From a virus, in IMG/VR virus record IMGVR_UViG_3300031110_000004: 41,343 nucleotides of DNA; one strand, given 5' to 3'. Under the pieces are notes generated by a model, which had not been told where the DNA came from, did not search any database, and was given only the letters and a program-made list of their open reading frames with translations. How positions within the stretch are numbered: position 1 is the first letter of the stretch; the number at the start of each line of letters is the position of its first letter. Both the position numbers and the translations under genes were made by a program. Of this stretch, positions 7,803 through 16,566 are shown one piece after another.

Positions 7803-8644
7803 TCATCCTGCCTGCCGCAGCCAAGGACGGGAAAAAGAAGAACGAGCGCAACATGCGCCCTGTCAAGATCCCGCGCTCGGTTCGGAAGAACTACCTAGAT
7901 CTTCTTGACCAGCAGGTGCGCTACCTAAAAGGCCAGACCGCAAACCTATCCGACCTGCTCGCCTCGGGCGCTGACCGCTCTACCGTGGCCACCACGCTGG
8001 CCGGGATGGCGCAGCAGGCCCAGGCAAGGCTTGAACAGCTTGCCCCGCAAACGGCCCGTTCGTTCGTTACTGCTGCCGACGTGGCCAACAAGGAGGCCAT
8101 GCAGAAGAACATCGCCAGCGCCCTCAGCGTGGACTTCGCTACCGTCATCGACAGCCCGAACATCAAGCCACTGCTGGACCAGGCTCTGGTGGACAACACT
8201 GCACTGATCAAGTCGATCTCGACCGAGCACTTCGCCAAGGTCAGCCAAGCCGTTCTGGACAACTACCGCGGAGTGCCCCAAGTCGATGGCGTGTCGCTGA
8301 CCCAGCGCCTGCAGAAGATCGGAGGCATCTCGAAAAACCGGGCCAAGTTCATCGCCCGCGACCAAACTGCCAAGCTGACCGGCGACCTGAACCAGGCCCG
8401 CCAGCAGGACAATGGCATCGACGAGTACACCTGGCACAACGCCCAGGACCGGCGCGTGGTCGGCAACCCATCCGGGCTGTACCCAAAGGGTAACCGCGTG
8501 CACGGCGACCACTGGGATCGGGAGGGGGTGACATACAGCTGGGCCAAGCCCCCGTTCGACGGGCACCCAGGCCATGCGCCCAACTGCCGGTGTTATGCTA
8601 AGCCGAAACTCAACCTTGAAAAACTGAAGGCTCAGTACGTATGA
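7799..8644 (+). CDS. Head morphogenesis protein (SPP1 gp7 / Mu F-like)
   Basis: 281 aa. C-terminal ...HPGHAPNCRCYAKP is the family signature. Follows the portal. Confidence 0.82.
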   Translation: MIILPAAAKDGKKKNERNMRPVKIPRSVRKNYLDLLDQQVRYLKGQTANLSDLLASGADRSTVATTLAGMAQQAQARLEQLAPQTARSFVTAADVANKEAMQKNIASALSVDFATVIDSPNIKPLLDQALVDNTALIKSISTEHFAKVSQAVLDNYRGVPQVDGVSLTQRLQKIGGISKNRAKFIARDQTAKLTGDLNQARQQDNGIDEYTWHNAQDRRVVGNPSGLYPKGNRVHGDHWDREGVTYSWAKPPFDGHPGHAPNCRCYAKPKLNLEKLKAQYV

Positions 8645-9858
8645 GAATCACGACTGCGGCACGAATCCAGAACAACGCCTGGCGCTATGACCCCGACACG
8701 GGGTTTTTGCGTTGTACGGCCTCCATCCTCTGCGCAGGCGTGATGACCTACCAGCGCGATGAGCTCGAGGCCTCCAATCCGCCGGCAGGTCTATCCGAGC
8801 TTCGCGTCTATGTGTCGCCCGAAGAGCTGTCAGATCCCGAGGGTATCTCGACCCTGGAGGGTATGCCGGTTGTCATCGGGCACACCTGGCAGACTGCGGC
8901 CGACCTGAGCGACTGCGGCAACATCTCCGGCACACCGACGATCCAGGACATCGACGGCGTGCCACACCTGATCTCTGGGATCCTCCTCAAGAAGCCCGAG
9001 GCCGTCCGGCGCGTTATGCTTCCTCCGGGTGACCCTCAGCGCCTCGAGGAGATCTCCAGCGCCGGGGACTGGGGGATCGTATGGGAGCAAGGCATGAGCC
9101 CTGCTGGCGAAGCATACGATGGGTATTTTGTAAAGCTGCGTTATAATCACTCTGCGCTTCTGCCTCCCGGTGCGGGTCGGGCGGGTGCTTCAGTCCGCAT
9201 CATCAATGAAAAAGAGGCTCCAAAGATGGAATTCACTCGGGTTCAAATCCGCAACACCAAGACCGGGAAATCCCGAGTCGTGCGCGTTGCAAACGAAGAC
9301 GCGCCAATCCTCGAGGAGGCCATGCTCGAGAACGAGGAAGTGGCATCCGCTGCCATCACCCCTGAGCAGTTGCAGGAAGCGCTGGATGAGCTGGCCACTC
9401 TGCGCGAAGAAACCAAGGTTAAGACCGACCGCATTGCCGAACTCGAAGGCATGATCCAGTCCTACAAGGATCAGCTTGATTCCGCCCTGTCGACCGATGC
9501 AATCGCCGAAGCCGCTGAAGAAATGGCAATCGAGAATGAAGAGGCCGTCGAGGTAATGAACTCGAAAGGCCTGAAGCTCGACACCAGCAAGAAGCTGCGC
9601 GGCCATGCCCTGCGCGCCCACGTCGTCAACTCGGTTCGCGTTGCCAACGGCAAGCCTGAGCTGACTGCCGAAGAAGCGAAGCAGGAAGGATACGTGAAGG
9701 GCATGTACCAAGGACTGGTCGAAACCTCCGGCACCCAGCAGCGCACGCCGACCGGCGCCAGCGTCGTGGTTCTAAACAGCAGCCAGCAACAGCAGCCGGC
9801 AATGAGCGACAAAAACGCTCGCATGGCCCGCCTGTACCCAACCAAAGGTGATAAGTAA
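8641..9858 (+). CDS. Scaffold / prohead-processing protein (DUF2213-like)
   Basis: 405 aa. Globular N-domain, then a long acidic coiled coil (EE...E rich). Position between the MuF-like and capsid genes. Confidence 0.6.
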   Translation: MRITTAARIQNNAWRYDPDTGFLRCTASILCAGVMTYQRDELEASNPPAGLSELRVYVSPEELSDPEGISTLEGMPVVIGHTWQTAADLSDCGNISGTPTIQDIDGVPHLISGILLKKPEAVRRVMLPPGDPQRLEEISSAGDWGIVWEQGMSPAGEAYDGYFVKLRYNHSALLPPGAGRAGASVRIINEKEAPKMEFTRVQIRNTKTGKSRVVRVANEDAPILEEAMLENEEVASAAITPEQLQEALDELATLREETKVKTDRIAELEGMIQSYKDQLDSALSTDAIAEAAEEMAIENEEAVEVMNSKGLKLDTSKKLRGHALRAHVVNSVRVANGKPELTAEEAKQEGYVKGMYQGLVETSGTQQRTPTGASVVVLNSSQQQQPAMSDKNARMARLYPTKGDK

Positions 9859-10415
9859 TGAGCCTTCAAGCCGTCCAAACCACGTTCTACGATACCTTCG
9901 GCGCGCTGTATGAAGGCCAACTGGCCGAGTACGGCTCTGTCGCGCTGTGCGAAGCAGTTCGCAGCTTCCGTACCGAAGAAATCATCCTGCTGGGCCGCGG
10001 CGTAATGCAGGGCACCGTAAACGGTCAAAACGATCCGATCCTAACCCCCTACGGTGTGAAGAACGTCGACGCGACCACCACCGTCGATAACTTCGTTGGC
10101 ATCTCGGTTTTGAATCAGGCATCCAGTTCGGATGCCTCGAACAACCCGGTTACCGTCCGCGACACAACGATGATCGCAGTTGCTGAACTGGGCAGCGGCG
10201 TGCAGATCGGCGCACTGGTTCCGGCCGGCGTGACCGTGGCACACAAAGACCCGGTGTATCTGTCGATCAGCGATGCAACCATCGGCGTCGGTCGTTTCGC
10301 TAAAGCAGCAGCGGCCGGGCGTATTCTGGTTCCTGGTGCTTACTGGTATGGTGCCGGCGCCGCTGGTACTGTCAGCCGTATTCTTCTGGGGCCAGTGCCT
10401 CAGCCAGCAGCTTAA
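9858..10415 (+). CDS. Putative capsid-associated (decoration or cement-like) protein
   Basis: 185 aa, Gly/Ala/Val-rich and beta-like. Immediately upstream of the major capsid gene. Confidence 0.5.
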   Translation: MSLQAVQTTFYDTFGALYEGQLAEYGSVALCEAVRSFRTEEIILLGRGVMQGTVNGQNDPILTPYGVKNVDATTTVDNFVGISVLNQASSSDASNNPVTVRDTTMIAVAELGSGVQIGALVPAGVTVAHKDPVYLSISDATIGVGRFAKAAAAGRILVPGAYWYGAGAAGTVSRILLGPVPQPAA

Positions 10416-10425
10416 GGGGAGCAAC

Positions 10426-11484
10426 ATGAACCAAAGTCGAATCATGAACGCGCAGCAACTGGCTGCGGACTTGAATGTCCCGCTTGCGCAAATGGCCGCA
10501 ATCATGAACGCCATGACGCCGGGCAACCCTGCCGGCATGAATGGCCAGATGGGCTTCACCGTCGATATCTACGAGCAGATCACCGCGAGGGCGTACGACG
10601 TCCTGTTGCCGGAGATCCTGTGGTCCAAGACCATTCCGCAAGCTTCGATCGATACCAGCATCAACCCGGGCGCCAAGTTGGTCAGCTACCGTGTCCGCGA
10701 TCGCCGCGGCAAGGGTGCGTTCCGTGCCGCCATCGGCAAGGACATCCCGACCGTTGGCCTGTCCATGAACAAGGTGGTCATTCCTCTGGAATCCGCCGGC
10801 GTCATGGCATCGGCCGACATCGACGACATCCGCGCCGTGTCCTTCGGTTTCGAAGGCATGAACCTGCTGACTGATCTGGGCGTCGTGATGCGTGAAGCTT
10901 CCGAGCGTCACATCGAGGAAGTGTTCTTCTTCGGTTACGAAGATCTGGGCTTCGCGGGCTACGTCGACTACTCCCTGGTCCCGACCACCACCGCCAGCGT
11001 CAAGGCTGCCGGCGGAACCACCTGGGCCGTGGCCACCGGTGACGAGATCGCTCGCGACATCTTCACCGCGCTGGGCACCGTGTACGAAAACAGCAAGGGC
11101 ATTTTCATCCCGGGCAAGATCGAGCTGCCGCTGAAGCAGTTCATGCAGATCGCCGGCCAGCGCATGGGCGGATCTTCGGGCGCCACCGGTGAGAACGTGA
11201 CTGTTCTGGACTACATCCGCCGCAATAACCCGTACCGCACTATCACCGGGCAAGAGCTGGAAGTTGTCGGCCTGCGTTACCTCGATGGCGCTGGCACCGG
11301 TGGCGCTGACCGCATGCGTGTTTCGGACCCAAGTCCGGATCACCACTACATGCCGATGTCCAACCCGTTCGAGATGCTGCCTCCGCAGGATCGCCAGTTC
11401 GCGACCGATCTGTTCGCCCACTGGAAGTTCGGCAGCTACCACATGCCATACCCAACCTCGGCGCTGTTCGTCGACGGCATCTGA
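10426..11484 (+). CDS. Major capsid protein (HK97-fold, DUF2184-like)
   Basis: 352 aa from ATG 10426 behind AAGGGGAG. Follows the scaffold-like gene and is followed by a strong terminator. Confidence 0.78.
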   Translation: MNQSRIMNAQQLAADLNVPLAQMAAIMNAMTPGNPAGMNGQMGFTVDIYEQITARAYDVLLPEILWSKTIPQASIDTSINPGAKLVSYRVRDRRGKGAFRAAIGKDIPTVGLSMNKVVIPLESAGVMASADIDDIRAVSFGFEGMNLLTDLGVVMREASERHIEEVFFFGYEDLGFAGYVDYSLVPTTTASVKAAGGTTWAVATGDEIARDIFTALGTVYENSKGIFIPGKIELPLKQFMQIAGQRMGGSSGATGENVTVLDYIRRNNPYRTITGQELEVVGLRYLDGAGTGGADRMRVSDPSPDHHYMPMSNPFEMLPPQDRQFATDLFAHWKFGSYHMPYPTSALFVDGI

Positions 11485-11499
11485 CCACAACCTCACCAT

Positions 11500-11520
11500 G
11501 GCGCCTTCGGGCGCCTTTTT
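11500..11520 (+). terminator. Intrinsic terminator or attenuator after the capsid gene
   Basis: GGCGCC-TTCG-GGCGCC followed by TTTTT. Confidence 0.8.
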
Positions 11521-11532
11521 GGAGAAAGACCA

Positions 11533-11907
11533 ATGTTCACCGTAACCAACCGTCAAAAGCGCGCTTTCATCATCCCGGGTGTATTCGGCGGCGATAACCA
11601 GCCGATCAATGCAGCCATCACCATCAACCCTGGCCAGTCGGTTCCGATCGATGACGAGCACTGGAAGACCATCAGCAAGGGCAACAAGGTGATTGAAGCC
11701 CTGCTGACCGGCCGCCACCTGGTCGTCAACCGCGGCACCAAGGAAGTCGCCGTCGATAGCGACGAACTGGAAAACCCGAAACAGGCCTCCGCTCCGGAAG
11801 AGCTGAAAGAGAAAGACGACCGCGTCAAGATCGACAGCAAGGTCGAACTCAAGGAATTGAACCTCGACGAGCCGGCCGCCGGCAAAACCGACCGCAAGGC
11901 GAAGTAA
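11533..11907 (+). CDS. Hypothetical virion-module protein (124 aa)
   Basis: GGAGaaagaccaATG context. Acidic/basic tail. Position in the head-neck module. Confidence 0.65.
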   Translation: MFTVTNRQKRAFIIPGVFGGDNQPINAAITINPGQSVPIDDEHWKTISKGNKVIEALLTGRHLVVNRGTKEVAVDSDELENPKQASAPEELKEKDDRVKIDSKVELKELNLDEPAAGKTDRKAK

Positions 11908-11910
11908 GCC

Positions 11911-12306
11911 ATGACCCCTGATCTGGCTACGTTCCGCGCCCTGTTCCCCGAGTTCGCCACCATCGATGACGCGGTGATCGCGATCTACTTGGACGATGCG
12001 GCCGACGAGCTGGATCAGGGCGCATGGGGGCGCTGCTATGCAAAGGCTGCCCTCAACTACGCAGCTCACCAGCTCGCCCTGTCTCAAGCCCGCCAGGCAT
12101 CAGCCAGCGAGACCGAGACGGGCGGCGTGGTGATCCCGCAGACAGGCGTGCTCGCATCCGGCAGCGAGGAGGGCATCTCCTTCGCCTTCGCCCAGAGCAG
12201 CGCGCCCAAGTCGGCCACCCAGGAATGGCTCAGCCAGACCCCATACGGACAAGCGTACTCGGCACTGCAGCGTCAGTGCCTTAATCGCGGGCGGTTGAGC
12301 TGGTGA
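11911..12306 (+). CDS. Head-tail adaptor-like protein (DUF4054-like)
   Basis: 131 aa. MTPDLATFRALFPEFA...DDAVIAIYLDDA resembles DUF4054 connector proteins. Confidence 0.6.
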   Translation: MTPDLATFRALFPEFATIDDAVIAIYLDDAADELDQGAWGRCYAKAALNYAAHQLALSQARQASASETETGGVVIPQTGVLASGSEEGISFAFAQSSAPKSATQEWLSQTPYGQAYSALQRQCLNRGRLSW

Positions 12307-12773
12307 GCGCCCGAGTCGTCCAGTCGAACCCGGGATGGCTCGAAAGGCTGATCAAGCGCTACAAGGACGAATCGGTGTTGGCCGTTGGCTATCCAGCCTC
12401 AGAAACGGGCGGCATAAAATACCCAGATGGAACGCCGGTAACTCTCGTTGCAGCTGTGAACAACTTCGGTTCACAGTCTCGGGGGATACCGGCGCGCCCG
12501 TTTATGGAAGCCGGCGCCCAGGCGGCTCTGGCTGGCGATGCTGGAAAGGTCGCCGCCGAGCTGGTGCCTCTGCTCAATGAGGGGAAGATCACCATCGAGG
12601 AAATCCTGAAGCAGATGGGGCCATTCGCCGAGGCATCGTTCAAGGAGGTTTTCACGGGCGTCGAATGGGAGCCAAACGCAGAGTCAACCATCGAAGCCAA
12701 GGGCAGCGCGCAGCCGCTGATAGACACCGCCCTCCTGCGCAACTCGCTAACCCATGTCGTCAGGAAGCCATGA
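12303..12773 (+). CDS. Head-closure / neck protein (HK97 gp10-like)
   Basis: 156 aa, GTG start in a GTGA overlap. ...ESTIEAKGSAQPLIDTALLRNSL... resembles the gp10-family motif. Confidence 0.55.
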   Translation: MSARVVQSNPGWLERLIKRYKDESVLAVGYPASETGGIKYPDGTPVTLVAAVNNFGSQSRGIPARPFMEAGAQAALAGDAGKVAAELVPLLNEGKITIEEILKQMGPFAEASFKEVFTGVEWEPNAESTIEAKGSAQPLIDTALLRNSLTHVVRKP

Positions 12774-12774
12774 C

Positions 12775-13167
12775 ATGCTGATCCTACCGATTCACGTCAC
12801 CCACAACCTTCTCACGCACACTGTTCAGGCGTTCGATGTCTTGCACAGCAGGGATGCCTCTGGACGGCCTGTAATCGCGCAGGGCTCGGATTACGCAGTA
12901 GCCGACGCCAACGTACAGCCTGCCGGGGACAAGACCATAGCGCTGCTCCCAGAGGGCGCACAGGCAGACGGTGCGCAGGTCATGCACACCCGCAAGCGCC
13001 TGCAGTACGCCACCAACGTCAACGGATCATCGAGCGGCACCCAAACCTACATCCGGCACAATGGCGATATCTGGAAGGTCTGGGCCATCCAGGACTGGCG
13101 CCCGCATGCCAAGATTGGCCGGTACATCCTCACCCGATATGTCAACGTGGACGGGACCATCACATGA
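12775..13167 (+). CDS. Neck/tail-module hypothetical protein (130 aa)
   Basis: ATG 12775 behind AGGAAG. An alternative in-frame ATG is at 12754. Confidence 0.6.
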   Translation: MLILPIHVTHNLLTHTVQAFDVLHSRDASGRPVIAQGSDYAVADANVQPAGDKTIALLPEGAQADGAQVMHTRKRLQYATNVNGSSSGTQTYIRHNGDIWKVWAIQDWRPHAKIGRYILTRYVNVDGTIT

Positions 13168-13406
13168 GGCGGCAGCCATATACGTCGTGCAAGTTGTACG
13201 CTGATGGCTTCCCAGATCTTCAGGTCGGGGACTTCATCACCACAGAGGCGGGATCGGCGTATCTCGTGCAAACCATGCGCGTGGGAAGATCAAATCCAGG
13301 TCGAAAGCATCTGGAGTGCCTGCGCTGGCCAATCGCCGAGATCCCTGCCGACGCAAAACGCCACGTGCTCTACTGGTACAGCAGGGGCAAAAGGAGATCC
13401 ACATGA
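13164..13406 (+). CDS. Hypothetical protein (80 aa)
   Basis: ATGA overlaps at both ends. Confidence 0.5.
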   Translation: MRRQPYTSCKLYADGFPDLQVGDFITTEAGSAYLVQTMRVGRSNPGRKHLECLRWPIAEIPADAKRHVLYWYSRGKRRST

Positions 13407-13924
13407 TCGCCACGATCACACAAGTAGAAGATGCATTCGCGGCCCTCCTGTCTCAGTTGGGCCGCGAAATCGTTCAGGGCCGGATAGGTGAAGGCCCGGC
13501 ACCAGCAAGGCCATACGCGATGTGGGATCTGGAAAATCTTGAACTTTCGGACTTCCCGATCATCAAGGTCGACGGCGCCAATCAGCGCATCATCTCCACA
13601 AACACGCCGCTGATCTTCCTGGTCAATATCGTTGGCGGTCAGGCCATGCAAGACGCCGCAAAGTTCGGCCTGTCCTTCCGCCAGTCGCAGCGCCTGAACG
13701 AACTGTACAAGTTCTGTGGACTGTCCGGTATCAGTCCGATGACCGACGTTAGCGCGGTAGAGGTTGGAACTTTCCGTCAGCGTGTACAATTGCGGGTGAC
13801 GCTGTTCGCTGCGGTCGACCTGTTCGCCGCCCCCGAAACGCTCGAGCACCAAGACACCACGCTGAACGCGCCTGAGAAGGACTTCAGCGAGACGTTCCGA
13901 CAAACCCAAGGGGAGTGCCACTAG
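13403..13924 (+). CDS. Tail-module hypothetical protein (173 aa), possibly a terminator or completion protein
   Basis: ATG 13403 behind AAGGAG. Immediately upstream of the sheath gene. Confidence 0.65.
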   Translation: MIATITQVEDAFAALLSQLGREIVQGRIGEGPAPARPYAMWDLENLELSDFPIIKVDGANQRIISTNTPLIFLVNIVGGQAMQDAAKFGLSFRQSQRLNELYKFCGLSGISPMTDVSAVEVGTFRQRVQLRVTLFAAVDLFAAPETLEHQDTTLNAPEKDFSETFRQTQGECH

Positions 13925-15433
13925 ATGGTCGACGTAATCAACTGCGGCAGTGCATCGCTGCCGCGCTCGCTGGATGTCCAGGTCACGGTAAACCGTCCTG
14001 GCGCCGAACAAACCACCGATCTTTCCGTTGCCGTCTTCGCTCAGGCAGGCGGCACCTTTGACTTCGGCGCAGGCCGGCTGGCCTTCTACTCGACCTTCAC
14101 CGCCGTGCAGGGTGATGCCCGGGTCACCGCAGAAGGCCTCAAGGCTGCTCGTGACTTCTTCGCCCAGCCCAAGCGGGCGGCGCGCATGGCAATCGGTCAG
14201 GTGTTCGACACGCCGCAGGCAGGCTACCTGCTGTCCGGTGCCATTGGCACGCTGGCGGCTTTCCAGGCGGTTACCACTGGATCTTTCGCCGTATCAATCG
14301 ATGGCATCAGCCACAACATCACCGGCCTCAACTTCTCCACTGACACCACGCTGGCCCAGGTCGCAACGCGCATCCAGGCCGCCCTGGTTACCGCGGGCTT
14401 CACTGGCGCGACTGCGGTTATCAGTGGCACCCAGATCCGCATCACCTCGGGCACAACCGGCGACGGATCGACCGTTTCCGTTCTGGCGCCCGTATCGCCT
14501 GCGGCTGGCGTTGATATTTCGGGTCCAGGCTTCCTGAATGGTCGGCTCGGAACTGCTGTTGTGCAGCCAGGCTATACGCCGGGTGATCTGGCCTCCGAGC
14601 TTGGGCTGATCAAAGAGGCCGGGCGCTGCGGCGGTTCGTTCCTGTACGGCTGGATTCTCGACGCAGCCTATCGCGACAGCCCGGACCAGGTGGCCGCGGG
14701 GCAGTGGGCGCAAGCCAATGGCCTTGTCATGCCGCTGGTGAGCAACAGCCCTCTTGCCTGGGATCCGAACAGCACTACCGACCTTGGCCCAGAGATCGAA
14801 GAACTCGGCCTGTTCCGCGCCTGGCCCTACTACCACGACGACGCGAACTTCTATCCTGACATGGCGCTGATCGCCGTCATGCTGTCCGTGAACTACGCGC
14901 AGCGAGAGGCGACCATCACTGCCAAGTTCAAGGACCTGGTAGGCATTCCGACCGTTGGCCTCACCGAGACCCAATGGCAGGTGCTTCGCTCGAAGAGCTA
15001 CAACACCTTCACGCTGACCGGGAACACCGCCCGAGTTAACCGCGAAGGGACCACAGGAAATACCTCGTGGTACATGGACGACGTGGTCAACCTGGACAAC
15101 TTCAAGGAAGAGCTGGAGGTCGCCGAATACAACGTCTTCTTGAGAAATGGTGTGGTCGGGAACGATCCGGCCGGGCAGGCCAAGCTCCAGGACGGACTGC
15201 AGCAAATCTGCGAGAAGTACATCTTCAACGGCGTCTTGAGCGCTCGCCGCGTGCTGGACCTGAGCAACATCGATGGCTTCCGTATTGACCCTCCGTACAC
15301 GATCATTCCGGGCCTGTTCGAACTCCAGACCGTCGCCGAACGCGCCGATCGAATCGGTCCACCCTTCACCATCAACGTCAACTTGCGCGGCGCGATCCAC
15401 TCCATCGCCATCGCAATCAACGCCTACAGCTAA
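13925..15433 (+). CDS. Contractile tail sheath protein (DUF3383-like)
   Basis: 502 aa. Followed by a 136-aa tube-like gene, a chaperone pair and the tape measure. Confidence 0.7.
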   Translation: MVDVINCGSASLPRSLDVQVTVNRPGAEQTTDLSVAVFAQAGGTFDFGAGRLAFYSTFTAVQGDARVTAEGLKAARDFFAQPKRAARMAIGQVFDTPQAGYLLSGAIGTLAAFQAVTTGSFAVSIDGISHNITGLNFSTDTTLAQVATRIQAALVTAGFTGATAVISGTQIRITSGTTGDGSTVSVLAPVSPAAGVDISGPGFLNGRLGTAVVQPGYTPGDLASELGLIKEAGRCGGSFLYGWILDAAYRDSPDQVAAGQWAQANGLVMPLVSNSPLAWDPNSTTDLGPEIEELGLFRAWPYYHDDANFYPDMALIAVMLSVNYAQREATITAKFKDLVGIPTVGLTETQWQVLRSKSYNTFTLTGNTARVNREGTTGNTSWYMDDVVNLDNFKEELEVAEYNVFLRNGVVGNDPAGQAKLQDGLQQICEKYIFNGVLSARRVLDLSNIDGFRIDPPYTIIPGLFELQTVAERADRIGPPFTINVNLRGAIHSIAIAINAYS

Positions 15434-15445
15434 GGAGCGCCGGCT

Positions 15446-15856
15446 ATGTCGCGTAATACCTTGTTCCTCAACCAGGCACTCTGCACGGTCATCGGCAACG
15501 GATCGCAGGATGTGGGTCACCTTTCCGGCGACTCTATCCGCGTCATCCCGAACTCCGAAGGCTCCGCGATGGATGTCGGCTTCGACGGCGCTGTGACCCA
15601 GTTCAGCACCGATCAGTCGGGAACATTCGAGCAGGACTTCCAGCAGACAAGCGAAAGCCTGGACAAATACACGGACCTCTGGCGCGCTCAGAAAACCTCG
15701 GCGGCCCGCTTGTTCAATATCCAGATCATCACCGCGGCAAACCAGGCCATCCGGCTTGAGGGCTGCAGCATCTCCGACCTCGGCGCCGTCAACACTGGCG
15801 GCAAAACCCCAAGCGCTCAGACCGTTGTGTTCAACGTTCAGAAGATCATCTACTAA
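15446..15856 (+). CDS. Tail tube protein (DUF3277-like)
   Basis: 136 aa behind AAGGAG. Position between sheath and chaperone. Confidence 0.68.
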   Translation: MSRNTLFLNQALCTVIGNGSQDVGHLSGDSIRVIPNSEGSAMDVGFDGAVTQFSTDQSGTFEQDFQQTSESLDKYTDLWRAQKTSAARLFNIQIITAANQAIRLEGCSISDLGAVNTGGKTPSAQTVVFNVQKIIY

Positions 15857-15871
15857 GACCAGGAAAAGACC

Positions 15872-16339
15872 ATGAGTGAAGCAATCGCAACCGAGCAGAT
15901 CAAAGGCCAGGCGTACCGACTGGTGAAGCTGGACCCAATCCGAGGCGGCCGCTTGGCCACCAAGGTTATCCAGCTGCTGGCGGTAGCCGTGTCGGATGTC
16001 GGCACCATCAAAGACCTCGTCCAGGCCTACATGGATCGCAAGGATGGCGAGGAGACGCCGAAGGATGGCGAGGCCGCGAAGGACCGCATGAAGGACCTGA
16101 TGGAAACCCCCCAGCTGATTTCGGCGATGGCCGGCGGAATCGGCAAGATCGATGCTGATGCCCTGTACGAGATCGGTCTTGAGTTCGTGCGCGGCAACCT
16201 GTTCGCAGACCGAAAGCTTCACGATGATCTCGCTTTCAATCAGTGGTTTGCCGATCACCCAGACCATCTGCTGCTGGTTCTGGTGTGGGCGATCCGCGTC
16301 AACTGCCAGGGTTTTTTCGGGCTCGGCGGCAAGGGCTAG
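15872..16339 (+). CDS. Tail assembly chaperone (0-frame product)
   Basis: 155 aa between the tube and tape-measure genes. Contains the slippery heptamer near its 3' end. Confidence 0.75.
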   Translation: MSEAIATEQIKGQAYRLVKLDPIRGGRLATKVIQLLAVAVSDVGTIKDLVQAYMDRKDGEETPKDGEAAKDRMKDLMETPQLISAMAGGIGKIDADALYEIGLEFVRGNLFADRKLHDDLAFNQWFADHPDHLLLVLVWAIRVNCQGFFGLGGKG

Positions 16340-16566
16340 AGGTATCGGGTGCCCGCCGCCCGTCCATCGAGATCCCAGAAGAATGGAGGATTGATTACGC
16401 AATAGGCCGCCTGCTCAAGGGCGGCCTCGGCGTTACATGGCCCGACCTCCGCGACTGGAAGTATTCCTGGGATGACATATGGCGAATGCATGACATCCTT
16501 GATCTGGACGACTGGATCGACTGGGAAAGCCATGTGCTGGCCGAACGAATGAGGAACAACAAATGA
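15872..16566 (+). CDS. Tail assembly chaperone, -1 frameshift fusion product; join(15872..16318,16318..16566), about 231 aa
   Basis: T TTT TTC is in the X XXY YYZ register of the 0 frame. The -1 frame stays open (...FFRARRQGLE...EEWRIDYAIGRLL...) and ends in an ATGA overlap with the tape-measure start. Confidence 0.62.
16312..16318 (+). promoter_or_regulatory. Slippery heptamer TTTTTTC for -1 programmed ribosomal frameshifting
   Basis: 0-frame codons are GGT TTT TTC (16310-16318). Confidence 0.62.

Noticed and set aside
10372-12087. 571-aa minus-strand ORF across the capsid region. Similar giants occur at 14294..16402 (702 aa), 5094..6281 and 6133..7395.
   Set aside because: They lie antisense to confidently assigned, high-GC3 structural genes. 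They have Arg/Gly/Ala/Val-rich low-complexity translations and no start context. These are typical GC-driven shadow ORFs.
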